This document shows, piece after piece, positions 8,342 to 15,875 of a stretch of 26,708 nucleotides of DNA. Source of the stretch: Clostridia bacterium (GTDB lineage: Bacteria; Bacillota; Clostridia; RGIG7378); contig JAFVXO010000055.1 of NCBI GenBank assembly GCA_017501105.1, positions 1 through 26,708 on the forward strand, in the 5' to 3' direction. The notes beneath the pieces are model-generated. The model did no database searches and had not been told where the DNA came from. It saw nothing but the letters and a program-made list of their open reading frames with translations. Made by a program: the position numbers and the translations under genes. Positions within the stretch are counted from its first letter, which is position 1, and each line of letters opens with the position of its first letter.

Positions 8342-8860
8342 ATGCTATTTTTAGCCGACGGATTTTTTTCATTTGCAGATAACATTACGCTGATTCCTGC
8401 TATTCTGTTAATTCTGGGCACTTCTCTATTTGTGGTAGAGATGTTTATCCCGGGATTCGGATTCTTTGGAGTATCAGGTATTGTGTGTTATCTGATATCA
8501 ATCCTGTTGACCGCTAAGACATTAGTTGAATTCCTCTCTATGCTGGTTGTTCTGCTGGCTGTGTTGGCAATCTTAACAACAATTATGCTGATACTTCTAG
8601 GCAACGGAAAGTTACCCAGCAAGATTGTGCTCAAGGACAGTATCGACGGAGTATCAACTTCTGTCCCGAATACTGATGATATCAACTATTATATTGGCAT
8701 GACAGGAACAGCTGTTTCAACATTAAGACCCTCCGGCACATGCGAGATCAATGGCGTAAAGTTGGACGTTATGACTGACGGAGAATTTATTGAACTTGGT
8801 ACACCTATTGTTGTATCAAAAGTAGTTGAGGGACACATCATTGTTAAATCAGACAAATGA
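8342..8860 (+). CDS. nfeD: NfeD-family membrane protein (short form: TM region plus C-terminal OB-fold)
   Basis: 172 aa. N-terminal hydrophobic helices, then the C-terminal motif GMTGTAVSTLRPSGTCEINGVKLDVMTDGEFIELGTPIVVSKVVEGHIIVK typical of the NfeD OB-fold domain. AGGAGG RBS at 8330-8335. Lies in the same gene cluster as floA. Confidence 0.8.
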   Translation: MLFLADGFFSFADNITLIPAILLILGTSLFVVEMFIPGFGFFGVSGIVCYLISILLTAKTLVEFLSMLVVLLAVLAILTTIMLILLGNGKLPSKIVLKDSIDGVSTSVPNTDDINYYIGMTGTAVSTLRPSGTCEINGVKLDVMTDGEFIELGTPIVVSKVVEGHIIVKSDK

Positions 8861-9608
8861 CAAAATAACGGTATTAATCCTGGACGATGATGCCGGCATG
8901 AGATTGTTGTTGCGTAAGATCGTTGAACAGGATGACAGATTTGAATGTGTTGCAGAGGCTTCTTGTGCAGAGGCTGCAATTGAACAATTCAGAGTTTATC
9001 ATCCTCACTTGGTTTTTTCGGATATTGATCTGCCCGACGGAAATGGAGTAGACAGTGCACGCAAAATCCACGAAATTGATCCTATGACCAAGATTGTGTT
9101 TGTTACGGCGTATGAACAATATATGGCAGATGCCTTCAGTGTTTATGCCTTTGACTACATTGTCAAACCTTTTGACATTGATCGTGTTAAGGCAACGCTA
9201 AATGCCATATATGACATATTGAACGTAACGCATATTAAACCAATTCTCACTGTCTCGGATAAAAATATTGCTCCGGATAAGCTCGTAGTAAAGACAAAAG
9301 AAAGCTACAGCTTCATCAATATGGAGGACATAATTCTTATACAGCGAGAGGATAGGTCTACAGTTATTTACACCATCAATAACGGACGATATGTGACTAA
9401 GGATACGCTATCCGATATTATGGGAAGACTAGACAAGAGTTATTTGATACGTTCACACAAATCATACATCATCAATGTTAATAAGATTACTGACATTTAC
9501 GTGTATGGCAGATGGACATACTTGGCAAGATTTTCTGGAACCACAGTTGATGCATTGATAACATCAGAGAGTTTCGAGATTATCAAACAGAAGTACAATA
9601 TTAATTAA
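8826..9608 (+). CDS. LytTR-family (LytR/AlgR) response regulator
   Basis: Receiver domain: VLILDDD..., phospho-acceptor VFSDIDLPDGNG, VFVTAY, YIVKPF. C-terminal LytTR domain: ...SYLIRSHKSYIINVNKI.... The only plausible starts are TTG 8826 or TTG 8838 (GAGGGA at 8828-8833 sits 4 nt before 8838), both inside the 3' end of nfeD. The next in-frame ATG (8898) lies downstream of the receiver's acidic DDD motif. Confidence 0.85.
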   Translation: MRDTSLLNQTNDKITVLILDDDAGMRLLLRKIVEQDDRFECVAEASCAEAAIEQFRVYHPHLVFSDIDLPDGNGVDSARKIHEIDPMTKIVFVTAYEQYMADAFSVYAFDYIVKPFDIDRVKATLNAIYDILNVTHIKPILTVSDKNIAPDKLVVKTKESYSFINMEDIILIQREDRSTVIYTINNGRYVTKDTLSDIMGRLDKSYLIRSHKSYIINVNKITDIYVYGRWTYLARFSGTTVDALITSESFEIIKQKYNIN

Positions 9609-9638
9609 CCGTAAGGTAGAAAGATAAGGAGAAACATT

Positions 9639-10625
9639 ATGACAAACTTAAACGCAGTAAACATCGCTCTTGCCACATATGGTGGCCTGCCAATACTTGT
9701 TATTGTAGCAGCAATATTCCTGTTCCTGGCCATCTTGTGCAGCCTCTTCCCAGTAGGCCTCTGGATTTCAGCAATTGCTGCAAATGTTAAGGTCAGTATC
9801 AGCACACTGATTGGTATGAGATTCAGAAGAGTTGTTCCTTCCAGAATCGTCAATCCTCTGATTAAGGCAACCAAGGCTGGAATTAATGTCAATATCAATA
9901 AACTTGAAGCTCACCTGCTGGCCGGCGGTAACGTTGATAGAGTTGTAGATGCACTCATCGCTGCACAGAGAGCAAATATTACGTTGGAGTTTGAGAAGGC
10001 GGCAGCTATTGACCTGGCTGGTCGTAACGTACTTGAGGCAGTTCAGATGAGTGTTAACCCCAAGGTTATTGAGACACCCGTCATTGCTGCAATTGCCAAA
10101 AACGGTATTGAGCTCAGAGTTAAGGCAAAGGTTACAGTCAGAGCTAATATTGAAAGACTTGTCGGCGGCGCCGGTGAACAGACAATTATCGCTAGAGTTG
10201 GTGAGGGCATTGTTACCACGATCGGCTCCTCTGAGACACATAAGGACGTTCTGGAAAATCCCGATTCTATCTCTAAGACTGTTTTGATTAAGGGACTAGA
10301 CGCAGGTACTGCCTTTGAGATTCTCTCTATTGATATTGCTGACATTGACGTAGGCAAGAATATCGGCGCACAGCTTATAACTGACCAGGCAGAGGCTGAC
10401 AAGAAAATTGCACAGGCCAAAGCAGAGGAGAGACGTGCAATGGCTATCGCCCTTGAGCAGGAGATGAAGGCAGAAGTAATTAAGGCAGAGGCTGAAATTC
10501 CTAGAGCTATGGCTAAGGCATTGTCCGAGGGTACGCTGGGTGTTATGGATTACTACAACATGCAAAATGTAATTGCTGACACAAAGATGAGAGAGAATAT
10601 TGCTAAGGACGACAATCAGAAATAA
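9639..10625 (+). CDS. floA: flotillin-like protein FloA (SPFH/band-7, YqfA/UPF0365 family)
   Basis: 328 aa, with long near-identical stretches to my recollection of B. subtilis FloA: [26 protein letters not shown]..., [113 protein letters not shown]. Confidence 0.93.
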   Translation: MTNLNAVNIALATYGGLPILVIVAAIFLFLAILCSLFPVGLWISAIAANVKVSISTLIGMRFRRVVPSRIVNPLIKATKAGINVNINKLEAHLLAGGNVDRVVDALIAAQRANITLEFEKAAAIDLAGRNVLEAVQMSVNPKVIETPVIAAIAKNGIELRVKAKVTVRANIERLVGGAGEQTIIARVGEGIVTTIGSSETHKDVLENPDSISKTVLIKGLDAGTAFEILSIDIADIDVGKNIGAQLITDQAEADKKIAQAKAEERRAMAIALEQEMKAEVIKAEAEIPRAMAKALSEGTLGVMDYYNMQNVIADTKMRENIAKDDNQK

Positions 10626-10636
10626 GAGGTGATACT

Positions 10637-10933
10637 ATGTCACTAAAGTTTAATCCTCAAGCAGGTGTACAACCAACTCCTAAACCCAGAGTAAATGTTC
10701 CAGAGGGGCAATCAACAGAGGGTAAGGCAAACCCAGGCAAAATACCTCAGTTTACGCCAGATCCGGAACACTGTGTTATCGATCATGTTGATGACGGTGT
10801 CTATGATAAAATTTCTCAAGGTGGCAATACTCTTGAAAATCTTGATGAATTAAGATATTCTCAAGTTGCTAAAAGGGCCTTTTTGTATAGTGAAATTTTA
10901 GGGAGACCCTTATCACAAAGGCACAGGAAATAG
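10637..10933 (+). CDS. hypothetical small protein (Pro/Gly-rich, probably disordered N-half; basic C-terminus)
   Basis: 98-aa ORF with a good RBS (AGAGGTGA, 5 nt before the ATG), 11 nt after floA and 5 nt before murI. It occupies the position of yqfB in the B. subtilis yqeZ-yqfA-yqfB operon. I recognise no motif. Confidence 0.55.
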   Translation: MSLKFNPQAGVQPTPKPRVNVPEGQSTEGKANPGKIPQFTPDPEHCVIDHVDDGVYDKISQGGNTLENLDELRYSQVAKRAFLYSEILGRPLSQRHRK

Positions 10934-10938
10934 GGTTA

Positions 10939-11730
10939 ATGAAAATCGGTTTTTTTGATTCTGGTATCGGCGGGTTAACAGTACTCGCCGATGCCGCAAC
11001 TTTATACAAAGATTGCGAGTTTATATATTTTGGGGATGTAATACATGCTCCATATGGTACCAAGGATAGAGAACAAGTTTTATGTTTAACCTTGGACGCT
11101 GTCGAAACTCTTGCAAAGGAAAATCTCGATGCACTGGTTGTAGCCTGTAATACTGCAACCAGTGTTGCTGTACGTGCCCTTAGAGAAAAGTACTCTTTTC
11201 CCATCATTGGCATGGAGCCTGCATTAAAGCCGGCTCTTTCCGCTTCTGAGGGAAACATTTTAGTTTTAGCTACTGAATTAACACTGAGGGAGTCAAAATT
11301 CAAATACTTGGTTGACACATTTAATGCAACAGACAGAGTCTTAAAGCTTCCCATGGGAAATCTGGTTAAGTTTGCTGAGGCTGGAGATTTTGATTCACCG
11401 CAGTTAGTTGAGTATATTAAAAAGCAACTAAGTACCATTGATTTAAAGAACATTGATTCAGTTGTTTTAGGATGCACACACTTCCTGTACTTCAGAAATA
11501 TTATTGAAAAATTACTCCCCGGGCATATTCGTATTTTTGATGGCAACTCAGGAACAATTCGTCACACCGCTAAGTTAACCGGAGTTGATATGAGAGCTAC
11601 ATCTGCTGATCCCGATTTTGGCAGGATTAAGTTTTACATGTCGGGTTTGCTTCTGGATGACCATTGTCTGAAATACCATCAGTTTATAGATTCGATAAAT
11701 AATTATCTTGGAGGTAGAAAAAATGGGTAG
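10939..11730 (+). CDS. murI: glutamate racemase
   Basis: MKIGFFDSGIGGLTVL, the two catalytic-Cys motifs VVACNTATS and VLGCTHF, and a length of 263 aa. Confidence 0.93.
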   Translation: MKIGFFDSGIGGLTVLADAATLYKDCEFIYFGDVIHAPYGTKDREQVLCLTLDAVETLAKENLDALVVACNTATSVAVRALREKYSFPIIGMEPALKPALSASEGNILVLATELTLRESKFKYLVDTFNATDRVLKLPMGNLVKFAEAGDFDSPQLVEYIKKQLSTIDLKNIDSVVLGCTHFLYFRNIIEKLLPGHIRIFDGNSGTIRHTAKLTGVDMRATSADPDFGRIKFYMSGLLLDDHCLKYHQFIDSINNYLGGRKNG

Positions 11731-12814
11731 CGAAAGAGATATGATTATTGATCGTTGTGAAAAATTGCATGCCGCAATTAACAGAAGCGAATCTTATGCT
11801 GTTTTGTTGACCAACGACTATAATGTCAGGTATTTTTCCGGTTTTACCGGAGACTCTACATATTGTCTGATTATTGGGGATGACAAATACGTTATAACTG
11901 ACTCCAGATATACACTCCAATGTTCTCAACAGTGTCCCGGATATACTGTTGTAGATTCTAAAAACAACTTGATGCTATGTACCTCCGAACTGGTAAAAGC
12001 ATCAGGCGTATCTACTCTATATGTTGAAAGCGATATTTCAGCAGCAGCATGGTTACAGATAAACAGTATAATGGGTTGCAAAGAGTACCCATTTGTGGAC
12101 CAGTACACCGCTGAGATTCGAACAGTTAAGGACAAATTCGAGCAGGAATACTCTGCGATTGCTGCATCCATTGCAACAGAATCCCTTGAGGTGATTTGCA
12201 AGTTGCTCCGTCCAGGTGTCTCCGAGCATACAATTGCTCTGGAACTTGAGTATGAAATGAAAAAGAGAGGCGCATCAGGCACTTCTTTTGATACTATTGT
12301 TGCCTCCGGTGCCAGATCCGCATTGCCCCACGGGGTTGCATCATCCAAAATAATCGAGGCAGGAGACCCTGTAACAATTGACTTTGGCTGCATTTACAAT
12401 GGATATTGTTCCGATTGTACCCGTACTTTGTTTGTTGGCACACCTGACCAACGCATGGTTGAAATTTATAACATTGTCCTCAAGGCACAGACAGAGGCTC
12501 AGGCTGCAATTAAATCAGGAGTTACCGGCAAGTACGTTGATAGCATTGCAAGAGGTATTATTGCAGATGCTGGCTACGGCGAAAGATTTGGCCACGGTAC
12601 AGGTCATGGAACCGGCCTTGAGATCCACGAAGCACCCAGACTAAGCCCATCTGCAGTTGCGGACAAGATTTTAACTCCTGGTATGATCGTTACTTGTGAG
12701 CCAGGCATTTACATTGATGGCTTTGGGGGCGTTCGTATTGAAGATCAGAGCATAGTAGAGGATAAAGGCAGTAGAATATTGAGCTCTTTCCCCAAGGAAC
12801 TCATTATTTTATAA
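11723..12814 (+). CDS. M24B-family Xaa-Pro aminopeptidase/dipeptidase (YqhT-like)
   Basis: Creatinase-like N-domain plus pita-bread fold. Metal ligands in DFGCIYNGYCSDCTRT, GHGTGHGTGLEIHEAP and CEPGIY...GGVRIED. Start placed at ATG 11723 (GGAGG at 11710-11714), overlapping murI by 8 nt. Sits upstream of efp, as in Bacillus. Confidence 0.88.
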   Translation: MGSERDMIIDRCEKLHAAINRSESYAVLLTNDYNVRYFSGFTGDSTYCLIIGDDKYVITDSRYTLQCSQQCPGYTVVDSKNNLMLCTSELVKASGVSTLYVESDISAAAWLQINSIMGCKEYPFVDQYTAEIRTVKDKFEQEYSAIAASIATESLEVICKLLRPGVSEHTIALELEYEMKKRGASGTSFDTIVASGARSALPHGVASSKIIEAGDPVTIDFGCIYNGYCSDCTRTLFVGTPDQRMVEIYNIVLKAQTEAQAAIKSGVTGKYVDSIARGIIADAGYGERFGHGTGHGTGLEIHEAPRLSPSAVADKILTPGMIVTCEPGIYIDGFGGVRIEDQSIVEDKGSRILSSFPKELIIL

Positions 12815-12821
12815 GGTAAAC

Positions 12822-12850
12822 TTGATTATTGACAGAATATAAAGTATTAT
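12822..12850 (+). promoter_or_regulatory. candidate sigma-A promoter for efp (TTGATT - 17 nt - TATTAT)
   Basis: -35-like TTGATT at 12822-12827 and -10-like TATTAT at 12845-12850 in the 68-nt gap before efp. Sequence match only. Confidence 0.35.
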
Positions 12851-12882
12851 GATTCAGTTAATTCAATTATTATGGAGGTAAT

Positions 12883-13443
12883 ATGATTACAGCAGGCGAT
12901 TTTAGAAACGGCGTTACATTTGAGCTTGAGGGCAATGTATTTAAGATTATAGAGTTCCAGCACGTTAAGCCCGGCAAGGGATCTGCTTTTGTTAGAACAA
13001 AGCTTAGAAACGTTATTACAGGTGCTACTGTAGACAGAACATTCAATCCTACAGACAAGATGGAGCTTGCTCGTATCGACCGTAGAGAGATGCAGTATCT
13101 TTACAACGACGGCGAGTCTGATATCTTCATGGATATGGAGACATATGATCAGATTCCGATTTTGCCCGACCTTCTTGGCGATTCTCTCAAGTTTGTTAAG
13201 GAGAACGATGTTGTTACAGTTCTTTCTTACAAAGGCAAGATTTTCGGCGTTGAGCCTCCTACATTTGTAGAGCTCATGGTTACCAAGGCTGATCCCGGTG
13301 TTAGAGGTGATACAGCAACTAACGTTACCAAGAATGCAGTTCTTGAGACAGGTGCTGAGGTCAGAGTGCCTCTGTTCATCAACGAGGGCGAGATGATTCG
13401 CGTTGATACAAGAACAGGCGAATATCTTGAGCGCGTTAAGTAA
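12883..13443 (+). CDS. efp: translation elongation factor P
   Basis: [47 protein letters not shown]... 186 aa, including the conserved KPGKG loop. GGAGG RBS. Confidence 0.97.
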   Translation: MITAGDFRNGVTFELEGNVFKIIEFQHVKPGKGSAFVRTKLRNVITGATVDRTFNPTDKMELARIDRREMQYLYNDGESDIFMDMETYDQIPILPDLLGDSLKFVKENDVVTVLSYKGKIFGVEPPTFVELMVTKADPGVRGDTATNVTKNAVLETGAEVRVPLFINEGEMIRVDTRTGEYLERVK

Positions 13444-13475
13444 ACAATATTGATAGTATTTTTTCGGAGGTCCAC

Positions 13476-14102
13476 ATGGATAACAGAAAATTGACTTCTA
13501 TTCTTAAGAAGATTAATAACATTGAGTCAACCAATCCCGATATTGCCGATGTTTTGAAGACAATTCTGGATTGCATTGAGGAGCTCGATGATAACGTGGA
13601 CGAGCTGTTTGACACAGTCGATGAGATTAACTCCGACATGGACGAGGTGTTTGAATCTCTGGACGATATCGACGAGACTCTCGATGAGATTTTTGATTTC
13701 GAGTCCCTCGAGGACATTGATGATCTCGAAGATGAGGATGAATGCTGTTGTTGTGGCGACGACTGTGATTGCGACTGCGATGACGACTGTGATGACGATG
13801 AGTGCCATTGCGGATGCCATTGTCACGATGATGATGACTGCGATTGTCTCGATTGTGATTATAACGAGGAGGATGACACACTCTCTCTTTCATGTCCCTA
13901 TTGTGAGCATGAGATATTTTTCCAGATTGAGGATGAGGACATCAAGGCCGGTGGTATGGAGCTTCATTGCAACAACTGTGACAAAGATTTTGCCGTAAGC
14001 TTCCAAATGGCTGATGATTGTGGTTGTGACTGCGATTGCGACTGTGATTGCGAGGATGAGTGCGATGATGACTGCGATTGTGGTTGCCATCATCACGAAT
14101 AA
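13476..14102 (+). CDS. hyper-acidic Cys/Asp-repeat protein with central zinc ribbon (uncharacterised)
   Basis: 208-aa ORF with a GGAGG RBS 6 nt before the ATG. It lies 32 nt after efp with no intervening terminator and is followed by a strong terminator. Residues 1-89 are acidic and helical-looking, with reiterated [VIM]DE[LVI]F-like units. Residues 90-128 read CCCCGDDCDCDCDDDCDDDECHCGCHCHDDDDCDCLDCD. Residues 140-168 read CPYC-x21-CNNC. Residues 182-208 read CGCDCDCDCDCEDECDDDCDCGCHHHE. The Cys/Asp codons alternate (tgt/tgc, gat/gac), so this is not a simple DNA microsatellite. Confidence 0.8.
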   Translation: MDNRKLTSILKKINNIESTNPDIADVLKTILDCIEELDDNVDELFDTVDEINSDMDEVFESLDDIDETLDEIFDFESLEDIDDLEDEDECCCCGDDCDCDCDDDCDDDECHCGCHCHDDDDCDCLDCDYNEEDDTLSLSCPYCEHEIFFQIEDEDIKAGGMELHCNNCDKDFAVSFQMADDCGCDCDCDCDCEDECDDDCDCGCHHHE

Positions 14103-14125
14103 TTCAATTTTATTCTAGTTAATTT

Positions 14126-14156
14126 ACCGTAGGCCCGTGGTCTACGGTATTTTTTT
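14126..14156 (+). terminator. rho-independent terminator
   Basis: Stem ACCGTAG (14126-14132) pairs with CTACGGT (14142-14148), with a 9-nt loop, followed by ATTTTTTT. Confidence 0.8.
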
Positions 14157-14181
14157 GTCAAATTTAAATTAAGGCTTGTAC

Positions 14182-14210
14182 TCATATTAAGAATTCTTGT
14201 CCAATATAAT
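14182..14210 (+). promoter_or_regulatory. candidate sigma-E-type (mother-cell) promoter for the spoIIIA genes
   Basis: TCATATT (14182-14188) fits my recollection of the sigma-E -35 consensus (kmATATT). Fourteen nt later, aATATAAT (14203-14210) resembles the -10 CATACAmT (6/8). There is no good sigma-A -35. Consensus recalled from the B. subtilis literature; weak evidence. Confidence 0.3.
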
Positions 14211-14231
14211 GTCCCGAATGGAGGATATTAT

Positions 14232-14414
14232 ATGAAACTGATCTTTGAAATAGCTGCCATCGGCATAGTCACATCCCTACTATCCATAATGTTGGATTCT
14301 GCAGGAAAGAAAGATATTTCAATTCTATTGTGTATAGCTGGCACCATTGCTTCAGTTTTATTGATTGCAAACGAGGCATCAAACTTGATGTCTGTGCTTA
14401 AGGAGTTGTCATGA
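14232..14414 (+). CDS. spoIIIAC: stage III sporulation protein AC
   Basis: 60 aa with two TM helices. The pattern IFEIAAIGIVTSLLSIML..SGKKD...L...AGTI..VLL......NLMSVLKEL matches SpoIIIAC. GGAGGA RBS. Position precedes the AD-like gene. Confidence 0.75.
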   Translation: MKLIFEIAAIGIVTSLLSIMLDSAGKKDISILLCIAGTIASVLLIANEASNLMSVLKELS

Positions 14415-14773
14415 TAGCCTGTATATCCATTGTTTTAGTTGCAATAATTGCCAAAGTTATACTCGAACAATGCAATTCAAAACTGGCTATTCTGCCAATA
14501 ATTGCTGCAGCCATTATTTTATCTTTGATATTTGCAAACAAATATCTGGAATCCATGGACTATATCAGTCAATTTGCATCACTGGGCGACAACGTCAAAT
14601 CAATAATGCACCTTATTCTAATTGGCACTATAGGTGAAAAGTTGTCTGAGGCAGCTGGAGAAAGAGGGCTTTCAACCCTGATTAAATGCGTTTCATACAG
14701 TTTCCTCTGCATCAATGCAATAAATATGTTCAGGGAAATGGCAGAAACCATAAAATTAGGTGGATTTATATGA
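14411..14773 (+). CDS. spoIIIAD: stage III sporulation protein AD
   Basis: 120 aa, multi-TM, with the central motif ...LILIGTIGEKLSEAAGERGLSTLIKCV... resembling the SpoIIIAD 'iaeia..ic.DaGe.aia' segment. ATGA overlap with spoIIIAC. Confidence 0.72.
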   Translation: MIACISIVLVAIIAKVILEQCNSKLAILPIIAAAIILSLIFANKYLESMDYISQFASLGDNVKSIMHLILIGTIGEKLSEAAGERGLSTLIKCVSYSFLCINAINMFREMAETIKLGGFI

Positions 14774-15702
14774 GTTACGAGGAATTTTTTGAATCCTTCA
14801 ACATATCTCAACTGGAAATCCAAGGAAATCCGATATCTGTACCTGACTTAACTATATTAGCTGGTAATGTAATATTTGTTGTAATTTTTGTTTTATTATC
14901 CAAAACTCTGAATTCAAACATATCCAACAAATATACAGGTTTGATATGCATGATGACAGGTATAGGTCTGCTGGTTCAGCTGTACGATGTGGTTTTCGAT
15001 GCACTTGCATCCTGCACTTCGTACATGATGTTGTGTGTATCCACAATATTTGGAATTGTTACCTATGCCCAGGGGTTAGGACTGGACATGTCGGGATTGT
15101 CTCTTGCCGGGTCAGTTGGAATACCGATAATTTGCAGTACATATACCAACATGGGTATAAACGTATTTAAAGCATCTTGTTGCCTTGGGTTGTGCGGCAC
15201 TATATCAGGCTCTGGTCGATTTAGAAGTTTATCCGAAATTACATCCGGGACCTGTAAATTTTTAATGTGGTTCTTTGGAATAGTTACATCATTTCTTGTT
15301 GTATACATATCGACCACATGTAAAGTAGTCGGTTCATACAGCATGATGACATTGCGAACGGCCAAACTATCTGCCGGCACACTATCGCCATTGTTGGGCA
15401 AAGACTTGGGCGAAATATCCGAGGTTGTGTTTGATTCGTTGGCTGTAATATCGGCGACAGCTGGCAAATATATAACTTCCTCTATAGTTGCTCTCTGTGT
15501 ATTTCCGCTAATAAAGGCAGAATTAATATTTATTGAACTAAAACTCCTGGGTAGTATAACAGAAAACATCAGCGACTCAAGATGTTTATCAAATGCAGCC
15601 ACAGGCGGTATGGTTGCTATATCAATTTTATTTTCTGTATGTGTCTGTTTGTTGCTGGTAACGTCGGCTCTATGTGGTGTATGTGAGAAATTTCAAGTAT
15701 GA
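14770..15702 (+). CDS. spoIIIAE: stage III sporulation protein AE (polytopic membrane protein)
   Basis: 310 aa from ATG 14770 (AGGTGGA RBS; ATGA overlap with spoIIIAD). The track's 14686 start lies inside spoIIIAD. Multiple TM helices, in the operon position between AD and the AF-like gene. Shorter than my recollection of the Bacillus protein (about 400 aa). Confidence 0.72.
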   Translation: MSYEEFFESFNISQLEIQGNPISVPDLTILAGNVIFVVIFVLLSKTLNSNISNKYTGLICMMTGIGLLVQLYDVVFDALASCTSYMMLCVSTIFGIVTYAQGLGLDMSGLSLAGSVGIPIICSTYTNMGINVFKASCCLGLCGTISGSGRFRSLSEITSGTCKFLMWFFGIVTSFLVVYISTTCKVVGSYSMMTLRTAKLSAGTLSPLLGKDLGEISEVVFDSLAVISATAGKYITSSIVALCVFPLIKAELIFIELKLLGSITENISDSRCLSNAATGGMVAISILFSVCVCLLLVTSALCGVCEKFQV

Positions 15703-15875
15703 AAATTATTTTAACAGTATTTGTAGCAGCTGCTGTGGAAATTCTAATTGACGACGAAAACTATATCAGATTATTGGATGTAATCATGGCTATTACTGTT
15801 TTGTTAATGATATTGGAAACATACAGTCCCATGATAAGTGAAGTAATCGCCAATTTCATAAAGGAGGGTATATGA
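15699..15875 (+). CDS. SpoIIIAF-like membrane peptide (58 aa; TM region only, no ring-building domain)
   Basis: Below the ORF-track size cutoff. ATG 15699 overlaps the spoIIIAE stop (ATGA) and its stop overlaps the next ATG (ATGA). Translation: MKIILTVFVAAAVEILIDDENYIRLLDVIMAITVLLMILETYSPMISEVIANFIKEGI. The pattern 'v..iLi.....y..ll.v.....vllmil.p' resembles the two-TM N-terminus of B. subtilis SpoIIIAF as I recall it (IVIDMLLPSSSMQKYAKMVVSLLLIVVMLTPI). Confidence 0.5.
   Translation: MKIILTVFVAAAVEILIDDENYIRLLDVIMAITVLLMILETYSPMISEVIANFIKEGI

Noticed and set aside
8301-8354. 17-codon ORF MIYLIQILMTGGYICYF in the HK-nfeD gap. It is tempting as an Agr/Com-like autoinducing peptide because it has a GG followed by a Cys-containing tail and lies next to an HK/LytTR pair.
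   Set aside because: It has no Shine-Dalgarno. It overlaps the nfeD RBS and start. The leader is far shorter than double-glycine leaders. Only 2 residues follow the Cys, whereas a thiolactone AIP has 4. No AgrB or ABC-peptidase processing gene is nearby. Most likely a chance ORF.
10869-11546. 225-aa ORF on the - strand, the longest antisense ORF in the window. Similar long antisense ORFs occur at 19400-20047, 15063-15602, 11926-12393, 9768-10420 and 23852-24286.
   Set aside because: Each lies entirely within a + strand gene carrying unmistakable family motifs (murI, ispA/dxs, spoIIIAE, the M24 peptidase, floA, recN). None has an RBS or recognisable motifs.
13527-14096. Four overlapping ORFs in other frames or on the other strand of the Cys/Asp-rich gene (13527-13826 -, 13576-13998 +, 13627-13893 -, 13890-14096 -).
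   Set aside because: They are artefacts of the GAT/GAC/TGT/TGC-rich low-complexity sequence, which lacks stop codons in several frames. They have no RBS, and their products are compositionally odd (His/Arg or Thr/Ala/Ile runs). The frame starting at 13476 has a proper RBS, a terminator and a zinc-ribbon motif.
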